A stretch of DNA of 62,293 bases, the filler included. It is 3 parts of 3 records of this genome, joined end to end, with 100 filler letters (N's around TTAATTAATTAA, not from the genome) between each part and the next. Parts side by side here need not be neighbours in the genome. Positions count along the whole stretch, not along the records: positions 36,959 to 62,293 come from DRR378314_1413; 2 more parts are not named here. The stretch is one strand, 5' to 3'. A program made the translations under genes and the position numbers. The notes under the pieces are model-generated. The model was given only the letters and a program-made list of their open reading frames with translations. It was not told where the DNA came from and did not search any database. Positions within the stretch are counted from its first letter, which is position 1. Each line of letters opens with the position of its first letter. Positions 42,776-53,012 of this stretch are shown one piece after another.

Positions 42776-42815
42776 AGAACCGCCCTGGGCAAACTAGCTC
42801 GGGGCGGTTCTTTTT
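42776..42815. terminator. terminator between the lipoprotein and AraC genes
   Basis: AAGAACCGCCCTGGGC...GCTCGGGGCGGTTCTTTTTT. Confidence 0.8.
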
Positions 42816-43657
42816 TAGCGGTTTCTTTTTTTGTAATCCGAAGGATTTTCGCCGCTTATCTTTTTAAACGTCCGGTTGAAGTAGGACAAGCTTTCAAATC
42901 CACATTCGTAGCAGGTTTCTCCAATATTCTTGCCTGTCAACAACATTCGTTTGGCCTGCGTAATGCGATATTGGTTCAAAAAGTTGGTAAAGGTACTCCC
43001 CGTGTTTTTTTTGAAATACCTACAAAAAGCCTCTTTCCCCAGATTGATGGATGCCGCAATATCCTTCAACGCTATTTTTCTGGAATAATTCTCGTCGATA
43101 TAGGAATATACTTTTTGCAAACGTTCTTGTTGCTTGTTGGCTTTGTTGTTTATAATCGGATTGTCGTGCAAAAGAATATATTCATCACTCTGGGCCAACA
43201 GTTTGAGCAACTGTAGAATTTTCAGCAATTGATCAAACCGGTTCATCCCCTGCAATTGTTTCATAAGGGAACCCACTGTTTTTTTGGTTTCACCGTAAAA
43301 AGCCATGCCATGCTGAGACCTATCCAACAGTTCATACACATCTTCCAGCTCTTGAATCTCGGTAAAGACCTTCTCTTTGAACGAAGCGCTGATGTGCAAG
43401 ACCTCCTTATGGTACTCCGTTTTGATGCCGTGATCAAAGTTCAAATGGGGAATGTTGGAACCGATCAGTACAAGGTCGCTTCCCTTGAAATTGGAAATAT
43501 GACGTCCCACATGACGCTTCCCGTTGGCCCCTTCAATATAGACCAATTCAAACTCGGGATGAAAGTGCCAGAAAAAGAGGTCGTTCAACTTTGGGTTATG
43601 CAATAAATGAAAGGAACTCTTATCGTTGGGTTGTATGTTTTCCAGTTGGATTTTCAT
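42815..43657 (-). CDS. AraC family transcriptional regulator
   Basis: WHFHPEFEL cupin domain; CGFESLSYFNRTFKK HTH. Confidence 0.93.
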   Translation of the reverse strand: MKIQLENIQPNDKSSFHLLHNPKLNDLFFWHFHPEFELVYIEGANGKRHVGRHISNFKGSDLVLIGSNIPHLNFDHGIKTEYHKEVLHISASFKEKVFTEIQELEDVYELLDRSQHGMAFYGETKKTVGSLMKQLQGMNRFDQLLKILQLLKLLAQSDEYILLHDNPIINNKANKQQERLQKVYSYIDENYSRKIALKDIAASINLGKEAFCRYFKKNTGSTFTNFLNQYRITQAKRMLLTGKNIGETCYECGFESLSYFNRTFKKISGENPSDYKKRNR

Positions 43658-43789
43658 CTTATTGCTTTAATGTGACCAAAAATAAGAAGTAAAAATCAAA
43701 ATAGTTCAACTATTGGTCAATGTTAGGGTGGAAACCCCCATGCACTTCCACTAGTTTTGATTGATACATAATTCATAAAGCAGAGCACA

Positions 43790-44758
43790 ATGATGCAGCA
43801 ACACACAGAGATGGCCAACAAAGCCCATGAGGCCATACCCGGAAATCCATCCACAGCCACTAGTAGCAAAACAAAACTCAACGATAGATTCAACGGCAAA
43901 CCGCTACGAGTGCTGTCCGAGGAGGACTGGGCATTTTGGATAGAAAATGGATACATCGTAATCAAAAATGCCGTTCCAAAGGAACAGGCCAAGGCGACCG
44001 CCGATTTTTTATGGGAGTTTGATGAAAAGGACCCGAACGACCCCGACACATGGTATGCTCCCCCACGAGCGGAGATGAAGATGAAAGAACTCACCGGAAC
44101 GGGTATGGTGGAAGTGTACAATCACCAACATTTGTGGAACAACAGACAGACCCCAAAAGTGTACGATGCCTTCGTGGATATTTGGGGCACCGAAAAGCTT
44201 TGGGTAACCATCGACCGCGCCAATTTAAATATACCGCAACGCCCAGGCGAGAACAAAAAGGGCTTTATCCATTGGGACTACGACCCCGAGACAAAACCAC
44301 AAAATGTGCAAGGGGTTCTCGCCCTTGCCGATCAAATGGACGAAAACATAGGCGGATTTCAATGTATTCCATGGCTGTACCGAAACTACGATACGTGGAA
44401 GCAGACACAGCCCGAAGATCGTGACCATTTTCAACCTGATATCACAGGGTTGGAGGACAAAATCGTGAAGGTAAAATTGGAAGCTGGAGACTTGCTGATA
44501 TTTAACAGCACCCAACCGCATGGTATTCGGCCCAACAAATCTGGCCACAAAGTGCGGATAGCACAGTACATTTCCATGATGCCCGCCGAAGAGGACAATG
44601 AAGAAATGCGGCAATGGCGCATCAATTCATGGAAAAATAGGATTGCCCCCGAAGGTTATGCTTTTCCGGGAGATCCACGAAAATGGGAACAGACCAAATA
44701 CGATACTGCCAAATTAAGTCCACTTGGAGAAAAGTTATTGGGACTCACTAACTGGTAG
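43790..44758 (+). CDS. phytanoyl-CoA dioxygenase (PhyH) family Fe(II)/2OG oxygenase
   Basis: NGYIVIKNAV, HWD (HxD), AGDLLIFN...H, RIAQY. Confidence 0.88.
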   Translation: MMQQHTEMANKAHEAIPGNPSTATSSKTKLNDRFNGKPLRVLSEEDWAFWIENGYIVIKNAVPKEQAKATADFLWEFDEKDPNDPDTWYAPPRAEMKMKELTGTGMVEVYNHQHLWNNRQTPKVYDAFVDIWGTEKLWVTIDRANLNIPQRPGENKKGFIHWDYDPETKPQNVQGVLALADQMDENIGGFQCIPWLYRNYDTWKQTQPEDRDHFQPDITGLEDKIVKVKLEAGDLLIFNSTQPHGIRPNKSGHKVRIAQYISMMPAEEDNEEMRQWRINSWKNRIAPEGYAFPGDPRKWEQTKYDTAKLSPLGEKLLGLTNW

Positions 44759-44840
44759 ATTATCAAATCCTTAAAAATTTTCTAGCGATTAGGGTCTTGC
44801 ATTTAATAATGTTATTTTTGCCCGCTTCAAGAAAGAAGCT

Positions 44841-46364
44841 ATGAAAAAGTACCTCAACCTTTTTGATTTTTCACAGAAAGTAAATTATCGCACGGAAGTT
44901 TTATCGGGCCTAACCGTTGCACTTGCTTTGGTGCCCGAAGCCATCGCCTTTGCCTTTATTGCAGGTTTATCCCCCCTAACAGGGTTGTACGCCGCATTTG
45001 TTATAGGGTTGGTTACCTCTATTTTGGGAGGTAGACCCGGTATGATCTCTGGTGCTACCGGTGCCGTGGCCGTGGTCATCGTGAGTTTGGCCCAGCAATA
45101 TGGAGTGGAATATGTGTTTGCCACCGTAATTCTCGCAGGAATCATGCAGATGCTGGCTGGGGTGCTTCGACTTGGAAAATTGATGCGTTTGGTGCCGCAC
45201 CCCGTAATATTTGGATTTGTGAACGGTTTGGCCGTAATCATTTTTATGTCGCAGATGAGCCAATTCCAAACCGTGGATGGAGAATGGTTGAGCGGAAGCA
45301 CCTTATATATTTTCTTGGGCTTGGTACTTTTGACCATGGTGGTTATTTGGGGGCTCCCTAAATTGACCAAAGTGATTCCAGCATCTTTGGCAGCCATCCT
45401 TTTGGTCTTCGGAATCGTATTTTTCTTGGGATTGGATACACGAACTATTGGCGATATTGCATCCATTCAAGGAACATTCCCTCCTTTTCATATTCCCGAC
45501 CTTCCTATTACTTGGGAAACGTTACAGATTATATTTCCCTTCGCCGCGATCATGGCGGGTGTTGGCTTGATTGAAAGTCTTTTGACCCTAAATATTATTG
45601 ACGAAATTACCGAAACCCGTGGTCGTGGAAACAAAGAAGCTATAGCACAGGGAACAGCAAATATTCTTTCTGGTCTTTTTTCCGGTATGGGAGGTTGTGC
45701 CATGATCGGGCAGAGTTTGATCAATACCTCCAACGGTGCAAGAGCACGACTTTCTGGAATTGTAGCTGCCTTGATGCTTTTGGTATTCATCATGTTCGGC
45801 TCCAGTTTGATTGAAAAAGTACCTATGGCCGCGCTAACCGGTCTGATGATCATGGTGGCTTTGGGCACCTTTGAGTGGGCCAGCCTAAAAACTTTCCGCC
45901 GTATGCCAAAATCCGATGTTTTGGTGATGGTACTCGTAACTTTGGTCACCGTATTCCTCCACAACTTGGCCTTGGCCGTTTTGGTTGGGGTGATTATTTC
46001 AGCCTTGGTATTTGCTTGGGACAATGCCAAACGTATCCGGGCTAGAAAAAGCATTGATGACGAAGGCGTGAAACATTATGAGATATATGGTCCGTTGTTT
46101 TTTGGCAGCACCACTTTATTTGCCGAAAAGTTTGATGTACTCAACGACCCAGACGAAGTAGTGATTGACTTTAAAGAAAGTAGGCTGGTGGACATGTCCG
46201 CCATTGAAGCTGTGAACAAAATGACGGAGCGCTACCGTAAAGTGGGCAAAAAAGTACACTTAAAGCACTTGAGCCGGGACTGTAGGCGACTATTGGCCAA
46301 TGCCGACGATATTATCGAGGTCAACGTTTTGGAAGATCCTACCTATAAGGTTGTGGTGGATTAG
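44841..46364 (+). CDS. SulP family anion transporter with STAS domain
   Basis: ALALVPEAIAF, GGRPGMISG, GPLFFG, DMSAIEA; TATTTTTG -7 box at 44813-44820. Confidence 0.94.
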   Translation: MKKYLNLFDFSQKVNYRTEVLSGLTVALALVPEAIAFAFIAGLSPLTGLYAAFVIGLVTSILGGRPGMISGATGAVAVVIVSLAQQYGVEYVFATVILAGIMQMLAGVLRLGKLMRLVPHPVIFGFVNGLAVIIFMSQMSQFQTVDGEWLSGSTLYIFLGLVLLTMVVIWGLPKLTKVIPASLAAILLVFGIVFFLGLDTRTIGDIASIQGTFPPFHIPDLPITWETLQIIFPFAAIMAGVGLIESLLTLNIIDEITETRGRGNKEAIAQGTANILSGLFSGMGGCAMIGQSLINTSNGARARLSGIVAALMLLVFIMFGSSLIEKVPMAALTGLMIMVALGTFEWASLKTFRRMPKSDVLVMVLVTLVTVFLHNLALAVLVGVIISALVFAWDNAKRIRARKSIDDEGVKHYEIYGPLFFGSTTLFAEKFDVLNDPDEVVIDFKESRLVDMSAIEAVNKMTERYRKVGKKVHLKHLSRDCRRLLANADDIIEVNVLEDPTYKVVVD

Positions 46365-46373
46365 GATTCAACC

Positions 46374-46970
46374 CTACTCTTTGGTTTTACCCAAAAACAC
46401 ATTTACGTTAGGATTTTGTGGATTGCCATTGGCTCGACGCATCAATACAATTTGGCCGGTATGGTGAATGCAATCCGAAAGCATGCCATTGATCATGTTC
46501 CAATAGGGGAACTCGGATGTTCGCTCTCCCTGTTTGAATATAACCTTAAAATGCTCCATTTCTTCAGAAGTTTTGCCCAAAACTTTCTCGCTGGCAGCCT
46601 TTAAGTTGTTCAGGGTAAGTAAACGGAGTTCCTCATACGAGAACTTTTGGGGGTTCGTAGGTCTCTCATACGGCTTGGCATCTGGTGCCAATAAAATATT
46701 GTTGGACATCACGTAAATATGCTCCATGGTTTCAAAAACAGAACGACCATCTTCAGAAGGTCGGAACGCCAAGTCCTTTTCGGTGAGTCCTTCTGTCGCC
46801 CAGTAATACCGGAACCCCAATCCATCTATCATCCTGGAAATTAGGTTTCCAGGGCTATAATTGGCAGGGTAATCAGGGATTTCTTTATAGGGCAGTTCCA
46901 TTTGTTGAGCTTGAATTTTGATTTGGAAAGCCAAAATAACAAAAAGTAGCACAAAGAATCGTTTCTCCAT
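46374..46970 (-). CDS. secreted DinB-superfamily protein
   Basis: Signal peptide; FRP..DGRS...HI; HHTGQI. Confidence 0.65.
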   Translation of the reverse strand: MEKRFFVLLFVILAFQIKIQAQQMELPYKEIPDYPANYSPGNLISRMIDGLGFRYYWATEGLTEKDLAFRPSEDGRSVFETMEHIYVMSNNILLAPDAKPYERPTNPQKFSYEELRLLTLNNLKAASEKVLGKTSEEMEHFKVIFKQGERTSEFPYWNMINGMLSDCIHHTGQIVLMRRANGNPQNPNVNVFLGKTKE

Positions 46971-46972
46971 AA

Positions 46973-47806
46973 TCAATCCATTTTTTTGAATACCAACAAG
47001 TTTTCCTCTGATGGATTGGAGAGGTAAAGCCTATTATTCTCCAATTTATAGGATGTACTTGCTTGGAGAGCAGACAGGAACTCATTTTCCTTATCCATAT
47101 TTGGGCAGGCCATTCGGGTAGAGGCCACTTGGGTGAACCGCAGCAAATCCTCTTCGTAAAAAATGCCCCCCGTCATTCGGTTGCAGCCGGAAAACCCGGA
47201 ACATCTATTGTTGTTGATGTTGATTTCCATATTGGGTAGATCCCTACCGCCAAATTCTTCCTTGGAAACCGCATTGCCGTTCATGGCTTCCAATACCCAA
47301 ATATCGTGGAGCCTGTAATCGGTGATATAGGAACCACAGCCTTCGTACACTTTGGTCTCATCCTCAGCTGTATTTTTATACGATACGGTTACGGTATAAG
47401 GAAATACTTCGCCGGACATGGCATTGGTGTATTCCTTGTTCGATATGATGACGTCCATCTGAGTGGCCTCTGTTTGGATGCGGAACATTTTGATGTTTCC
47501 ATCCTGTGCTTTAATGGCTTCGGATGGGGGAGAGGTAATGGTGTCTTCCATGGTTTGCAGCTCCACCTTATCCTTAAAAAATTTAAGTCCCCAAAAGGGC
47601 TCTGTTCCTGTAGCTTTAAAATAGCTTCCATCGATTTTCATGGCAATGGGCTCCATTTCACGTCTTTTTTCCTCTGTTTTAATAGTGTCGGTTGTAATTT
47701 CTTCTGATGCTTCGGTAGCTTCAGGTTCCGCAGGTTCTTGCTTTTTCTTTTCAATACAGCCGAAAATTAGCAATGCTGCACAGCTTATAGTGACTAATTT
47801 TTTCAT
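46973..47806 (-). CDS. META-domain lipoprotein
   Basis: Lipobox IFGC; GTEPFW segment; GFSGCNR and STRMAC. Confidence 0.88.
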   Translation of the reverse strand: MKKLVTISCAALLIFGCIEKKKQEPAEPEATEASEEITTDTIKTEEKRREMEPIAMKIDGSYFKATGTEPFWGLKFFKDKVELQTMEDTITSPPSEAIKAQDGNIKMFRIQTEATQMDVIISNKEYTNAMSGEVFPYTVTVSYKNTAEDETKVYEGCGSYITDYRLHDIWVLEAMNGNAVSKEEFGGRDLPNMEININNNRCSGFSGCNRMTGGIFYEEDLLRFTQVASTRMACPNMDKENEFLSALQASTSYKLENNRLYLSNPSEENLLVFKKMD

Positions 47807-48222
47807 GGGTTTACTTTTTTGAATCGCATCATCGGTACTTCGCCAACCAAAAGATTGAGTTTGCCATCTTCCAAGGAGTACCCATCTATTTTCTTCATCA
47901 TTTCCAAGAAATGGCGTTCACTGCCACCACAGAACATCATGGTCGTTGGTCCCGGGTCGCCGAAGGCTATAGTGTTTTCGGCCAGTTCGAAATCGGCAGA
48001 GTATCCGTTGCAACTATCGGTTCCTGTTACTTTACCGGATTCTTTATTAAAGGTGATTTGTGGTTTTTTTTCAGGAAAAAGACCATCAAAAGCAATTCGC
48101 GGTCCTGAAATATATTCCAGTTCCCAAGTAGTGCCGTACAATTTTTCTTCGCTGGATGTTGTACCATCGCAGGATGCTGCCAAAAGTACTGCGGAGAAAA
48201 GCAGGATGATCGAGGTTTTCAT
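47803..48222 (-). CDS. META-domain (HslJ-like) lipoprotein
   Basis: Lipobox AASC; TW.L, GTDSCN, TMMFC. Confidence 0.88.
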   Translation of the reverse strand: MKTSIILLFSAVLLAASCDGTTSSEEKLYGTTWELEYISGPRIAFDGLFPEKKPQITFNKESGKVTGTDSCNGYSADFELAENTIAFGDPGPTTMMFCGGSERHFLEMMKKIDGYSLEDGKLNLLVGEVPMMRFKKVNP

Positions 48223-48318
48223 TTTACAGCAGTTAATGGTTAATGTTCATGTAAAATACTAAAAAATTGGATGAAGCACTCAATCCGTTGCCTTGTTACA
48301 TTGATAAAAGTGCGCTTT

Positions 48319-49023
48319 CTATTGGGTTCTTTTGCTCCAGACCTCATAAATGGGACTTCCCTTGCTGCTCAAACCTGAGTGATGCCAATCACCGTCTTTT
48401 AACTCATAATTGAACTCCAAACTTGCACCAACCCTAGAATCGTCCCTCGAAAAGAAACCTATACTTTCGGTGTACTTGCCATTAATCGTGGTGTATGTGC
48501 CGCCACCAGTTCCCATAAACTGTTTGGTTTCTGTGTTATAAGCAATCCATTGAAAACGGGTTCCCGATAATATTTTCATAGTTTTTCTTGGCCCAGAGGT
48601 GTCGCGCCTTACAATTTTACCGTCTCGTTCTCTGCCCGATATCAACCAAGCACCAAAAAGGTCTCCTGGAGATCCATTGTCAATTCGTGACCAATTCATT
48701 CCGCCCAATTCAAGGACATTGTTTTTTATGGTGTATGATTTGGATTTGGTTTCCCCGACCAATCCAGGCTCTTCGTTGGAAAATTCGTAAGAGAGGTTGA
48801 TTGTTTCACCATTTGAGATGTAGCTGCCCCCTTTGGTCCCTAAAAATTTTCCATCGCCTTTTTCATAAATGGCTTCTGAAAAAAAGCCGTCTGTAAAGGT
48901 TAGGGTGTGTTCAATTTGGATTCCTTCATCATTGGATGCCACGGTGAGCCATGCACCATCTAAATCTTGTCCGTGTAAAAATGGAACAAACAACATACAG
49001 AGGGCTATCAGTGATTTTTTCAT
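48319..49023 (-). CDS. secreted protein with tandem lipocalin-like domains
   Basis: Signal peptide; duplicated DL.GAWL and F.GT.GG.Y motifs. Confidence 0.75.
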   Translation of the reverse strand: MKKSLIALCMLFVPFLHGQDLDGAWLTVASNDEGIQIEHTLTFTDGFFSEAIYEKGDGKFLGTKGGSYISNGETINLSYEFSNEEPGLVGETKSKSYTIKNNVLELGGMNWSRIDNGSPGDLFGAWLISGRERDGKIVRRDTSGPRKTMKILSGTRFQWIAYNTETKQFMGTGGGTYTTINGKYTESIGFFSRDDSRVGASLEFNYELKDGDWHHSGLSSKGSPIYEVWSKRTQ

Positions 49024-49047
49024 GGTTAAATGTTTTTCTAGTAAGAT

Positions 49048-49085
49048 AAAAAAAGCTGCTGTTTTATTGCAAAACAGCAGCTTTT
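49048..49085 (-). terminator. terminator after the cytochrome c gene
   Basis: AAAAGCTGCTGTTTT-ATTGC-AAAACAGCAGCTTTT stem with flanking A-run. Confidence 0.75.
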
Positions 49086-49105
49086 ACTTATAAATAGGTT
49101 GGTTT

Positions 49106-49585
49106 TTAGAGCGTTCTTAGGTACTCGGCAATATCTCTGGCCTCGTCTTCGCTTAAATTTTGGTTCAGCATTATGGCGTTGTTGTATTCTTTCAACAAAG
49201 CTTTGGCGATGGGGTCTTCTTTCAACATGCCATCAGGATTTAGTATCATATTCATTACCCATTCAGGGCTTCTTCTGTCGTAAACACCTATTAAAGCTGG
49301 ACCGATCATACGTTGGTCGACCATATGGCAGGCAACACAAATAGCTTCAAACTTAGCCTTTCCGCGTGCGGCCATTTCATCATTGATCTCATCGGGAAAT
49401 TCCAAGTCGGTTATGGGTCCAACACCTTTGTTGTCTAAATCCACAGGAACACCTTCTTTAGCTTCCACTTTGGTATCTTCAGTTTTGGTGCGGCTCACTT
49501 CAAAACCATCTTTCTTTTCTTCTTTTTTACCGCCGCAGCTCGCTATCAAGGCACCCAGGGCCAAGAACATTACAATTTTTTTCAT
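49106..49585 (-). CDS. c-type cytochrome lipoprotein
   Basis: Lipobox IASC; CVACH; IGP.L; distal Met in IMLNQ. Confidence 0.92.
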   Translation of the reverse strand: MKKIVMFLALGALIASCGGKKEEKKDGFEVSRTKTEDTKVEAKEGVPVDLDNKGVGPITDLEFPDEINDEMAARGKAKFEAICVACHMVDQRMIGPALIGVYDRRSPEWVMNMILNPDGMLKEDPIAKALLKEYNNAIMLNQNLSEDEARDIAEYLRTL

Positions 49586-49700
49586 TCTATTTCTATTGAA
49601 GTTTGTATGTGTAATCCAAGGTACTAATATAGGTAATTAGGCATTAATATTTCGAGTGTTTTTTGTTTTGTACCTCACAAGAGTTCGCCAAAAAGCTTGT

Positions 49701-50660
49701 TTAAATGGAGTCAAAGAAGCTCAAAGCCTGCTTTTCCGTATAGGTGATATTGTTTTTGCCCCAAAAACCAACGTGACCACCATAGTTCGGCATTTCTAGA
49801 AACAACTTGGCGTTTTTATCGGTTTCCTTTACGGGATAACATTCAGGACCCAAAAAGGAATCATCCTTGGCATTGATGATGAGGCTCGGAACTTGAATAT
49901 GGGGTAAAAATTGTAGGGAGCTCGATTTTTTATAATAGTCCAATGCATCTTCGAAACCATGGGCCTGACTGGTGTAGATGTCATCAAAATCTTTCAGGGT
50001 CTTTATTCTTTTGATGTCGGCATCGCTGATTTTTTCGGGAAACAGCTGTTGTTTTTGCCGCAGTTTACCCAAGAGGTTGCCCTTGAACCTGATCGCGTAC
50101 AATATATTTTTTGGGCTGAGCAATTGCTGGCAGGAATCGTTGAGATTGCAGGGCACAGATATGGCAACGGCTCCTTTAAGTTCCTTAGGAACGTTGTTTC
50201 CTTCCCCTAAATATTTGAGCAATAGGTTGCCCCCCAAACTAAAACCCTTCAAATAGATCTCGGAGTAATTCTTGGTGTTCAGAATATGGTCAAGCACTTC
50301 AATTAAATCCTCTGTGACCCCGGAATGATAGGAACGGTACTTTTTATTGGGTTCACCACTACATCCACGGTAGTTTACTGCACAGGCATCGTACCCATTT
50401 TGGTTGAGGATTTTGGCACTTCCGGTAATGTAAGGGCGTTGGGCATCTCCTTCAAGACCATGAAGCAACACGACCAATTTTTTGGTCGGAGTTGACGAAT
50501 CGCTCCAGTCCAAATCCATAAAATCACCATCGGAAAGTATAAGACGCTCCCTTTTTTGCACCACGCCGTTTACGGACCGGATAATGCCGGAATAAATCGT
50601 AGCAAAGTGGCCATTTCTAAAAAGAATAGGAGGAGTGTAATTGGAATTAAGTTGGGGCAT
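49701..50660 (-). CDS. YheT family alpha/beta hydrolase
   Basis: HGLEG, GFSLGG, DDSF, GGHVGF. Confidence 0.9.
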   Translation of the reverse strand: MPQLNSNYTPPILFRNGHFATIYSGIIRSVNGVVQKRERLILSDGDFMDLDWSDSSTPTKKLVVLLHGLEGDAQRPYITGSAKILNQNGYDACAVNYRGCSGEPNKKYRSYHSGVTEDLIEVLDHILNTKNYSEIYLKGFSLGGNLLLKYLGEGNNVPKELKGAVAISVPCNLNDSCQQLLSPKNILYAIRFKGNLLGKLRQKQQLFPEKISDADIKRIKTLKDFDDIYTSQAHGFEDALDYYKKSSSLQFLPHIQVPSLIINAKDDSFLGPECYPVKETDKNAKLFLEMPNYGGHVGFWGKNNITYTEKQALSFFDSI

Positions 50661-50663
50661 TGG

Positions 50664-51641
50664 TTATTCCTTTGGGTAGGTTTTTAAAAGTTGGGCCTGC
50701 TCTTCTACCGCTGTTTTGAACCCATCCTTCAAATTTCCAACAAGTTTGGATACGGGCAGAACGTCATCTATCGTGGTTACACCTTGGCCAGCGGACCAAA
50801 TCGTTTTCCAGGCCTTGGCTTCCGTGTCCAACTCCTTGCCAAAATCAATTTTGGTATCTTTTTTCAAATCTTCTTCGGAGATGCCTGCTGCTTGCAAACT
50901 AGCGGCCAAGAAATTGGCGTGAACGCCCGAAATGGCCGCAGTGTAAACCACATCGCTTGCACCGGCATCAATGATCATTTTTCGGTACTCCTCCGTTGCT
51001 TTGCTTTCTTCCGTGTTGATGAATCGAGTACCCATATAGGCAAGGTCTGCCCCCATCTGCAATGCAGAAGCAACATCCCTTCCCGTACTGATGCATCCGG
51101 ACAAAATAATGGTCTTGTCATAGAACTTTTTCACTTCTGCGATCAAGCTCATTGGATTGATGGTGCCTCCATGCCCGCCTGCTCCCGCAGACACCAAAAT
51201 AAGTCCGTCCACACCTGCTTCCGAAGCTTTTTCCGCGTGTCGCTTTTTGATGATGTCGTGAAAAACCAGACCACCATAACTGTGAATGGCATCCACAACC
51301 TGACTCACGGCACCAAGTGAAGTGATCACCAAGGGAACTTGATGTTTAACACAAAGCTTTACATCGGCCTCCAGTCTTGGGTTTGTTGGGTGTACCACTA
51401 AATTTACCCCAAAAGGAGCTGCTTTTTTACCAGTTTCCTCTTCAAATGCCTTTAATTCGGATTTTATCTGGATGAGCCACTCCTCAAAACCTTCACTTGT
51501 CCTTTGGTTTAGGGCAGGAAAGGTTCCCACGATACCGTTTTTGCAACATTCCACTACCAATTTTGGCCCTGATATCAAAAACATAGGGGCAGCAATTACG
51601 GGAAGTGATAAATTTTGGATGAATTCAGCTTTTTGGCTCAT
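50664..51641 (-). CDS. nitronate monooxygenase family flavin oxidoreductase
   Basis: APMFLIS, GAGGHGG, YMGTRF, IWSAGQG. Confidence 0.9.
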   Translation of the reverse strand: MSQKAEFIQNLSLPVIAAPMFLISGPKLVVECCKNGIVGTFPALNQRTSEGFEEWLIQIKSELKAFEEETGKKAAPFGVNLVVHPTNPRLEADVKLCVKHQVPLVITSLGAVSQVVDAIHSYGGLVFHDIIKKRHAEKASEAGVDGLILVSAGAGGHGGTINPMSLIAEVKKFYDKTIILSGCISTGRDVASALQMGADLAYMGTRFINTEESKATEEYRKMIIDAGASDVVYTAAISGVHANFLAASLQAAGISEEDLKKDTKIDFGKELDTEAKAWKTIWSAGQGVTTIDDVLPVSKLVGNLKDGFKTAVEEQAQLLKTYPKE

Positions 51642-51758
51642 GGGTCTCTTGTTAAACTGTGTTTAAAAATAGGAACAATTCTTCTTCTACATGGGAATCA
51701 GTTACCAAAACTATGGTATTTTTACAACTCTTATGCATGCATAACAAAATAACCCACT

Positions 51759-52241
51759 ATGTTTTTTAAAGAATTTGAGATTAGATGGAGCGATACGGAC
51801 GCTAATCGGCACTTGGCGAATTCCGCCTATATAAATTTTATGAGCCATACCCGAATGGCATATTTGGGGCTGCTCGGCTTTAACCAAAAAAGTATGTCGG
51901 CCCACAATATTGGTCCTGTAGTGTTCTACGAGCACGTGTATTATTTTAAAGAAGCATTTCCGGGAATGCCGGTAAGGGTTTCGTTGGAGTTTATTGGAAT
52001 GAGCAAGGATGGAATGTTCTTTGAGTTTAGGCACAATTTTTATGACCATAAAGGCAAAAATTTTGCCCGTTGTGAAATGATGGGGGCATGGATCGATTTG
52101 AAAAAAAGAAAACTTACGGGTTTGCCGAATAAATTCCTTGAAGCATTTGAATCGATGGAAAAAGCCGAAGACTTTAAGGTTTTGACCAAAGAAGATACCC
52201 GTAGGTACGCACAAGTACCTAAGGATATCGAAATTCTATAA
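51759..52241 (+). CDS. acyl-CoA thioesterase (hotdog fold)
   Basis: IRWSDTDANRHLANSAY. Confidence 0.88.
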   Translation: MFFKEFEIRWSDTDANRHLANSAYINFMSHTRMAYLGLLGFNQKSMSAHNIGPVVFYEHVYYFKEAFPGMPVRVSLEFIGMSKDGMFFEFRHNFYDHKGKNFARCEMMGAWIDLKKRKLTGLPNKFLEAFESMEKAEDFKVLTKEDTRRYAQVPKDIEIL

Positions 52242-52246
52242 ATTCT

Positions 52247-52909
52247 TCAACCTCGAGGGTACCCGAACCAGGTAGGGGAAGTTGTGATCAATTTTCCAGA
52301 GATGATTTCATCCAGCCAGCGCTCGTACCAATTCAAAAAGTGTATGTCTTCGGAAAACTTTGGCGGTGATAGTTCACCTCGGTCCAAATTAATGATCATG
52401 CCTCTATAAGGACCGTTCAAAACCAAAGCGTGGATAAAGGAGCATCCTTGCGAACCTATGGGCAATATGCCGCCATAGAGGTTGCCGTTCAGTTCCTCGT
52501 AATCTTCGTCCGGGATATCGTCGGCATAGAGCGGTTCCAATTTTTTGTCCCATTCCTTTTCGGAGATATTGGGGTGGAGGGCACACCTTTTTTTTAAATG
52601 ATTCTCAACCTTGCCTTGTATCAAGTCATCTATATGGTGTCCAAAAGGATAAATCCCAAAAAAAGGCCCTGCACCGGAACATAAATAAGACCTTCCACCA
52701 TTTCCTATGTTCAGTAGAAAGGATTTATAGCAATCAGGCAGTTCGACTCCATAATTTTTTTCGAATGCATCAACATCCGAAATAGTTACTGGGGAATGGA
52801 TTTCATACCGATGGTTGCCTGCCCCAAACACGCTAAAAAGTTCATCGAACTCTTTGGCCTCTTGAAGCTTCTTTTTGATACGTTGGATTTGTAGGGCATA
52901 ATCTTTCAT
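52247..52909 (-). CDS. SMI1/KNR4 (SUKH) family protein
   Basis: FEKNYGVELPDCYKSFL...GNGG; GC....LVLNG; FLNWYERWLD. Confidence 0.82.
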   Translation of the reverse strand: MKDYALQIQRIKKKLQEAKEFDELFSVFGAGNHRYEIHSPVTISDVDAFEKNYGVELPDCYKSFLLNIGNGGRSYLCSGAGPFFGIYPFGHHIDDLIQGKVENHLKKRCALHPNISEKEWDKKLEPLYADDIPDEDYEELNGNLYGGILPIGSQGCSFIHALVLNGPYRGMIINLDRGELSPPKFSEDIHFLNWYERWLDEIISGKLITTSPTWFGYPRG

Positions 52910-53012
52910 AGTTGTCCTTTAAAAAGGAAAACTACACAATCGAACTATGAAAAGATATGGTGAATTGATGGATGGGTCTTTCTTTTTGACGGAAGTCCGA
53001 TTCTAATCAACA

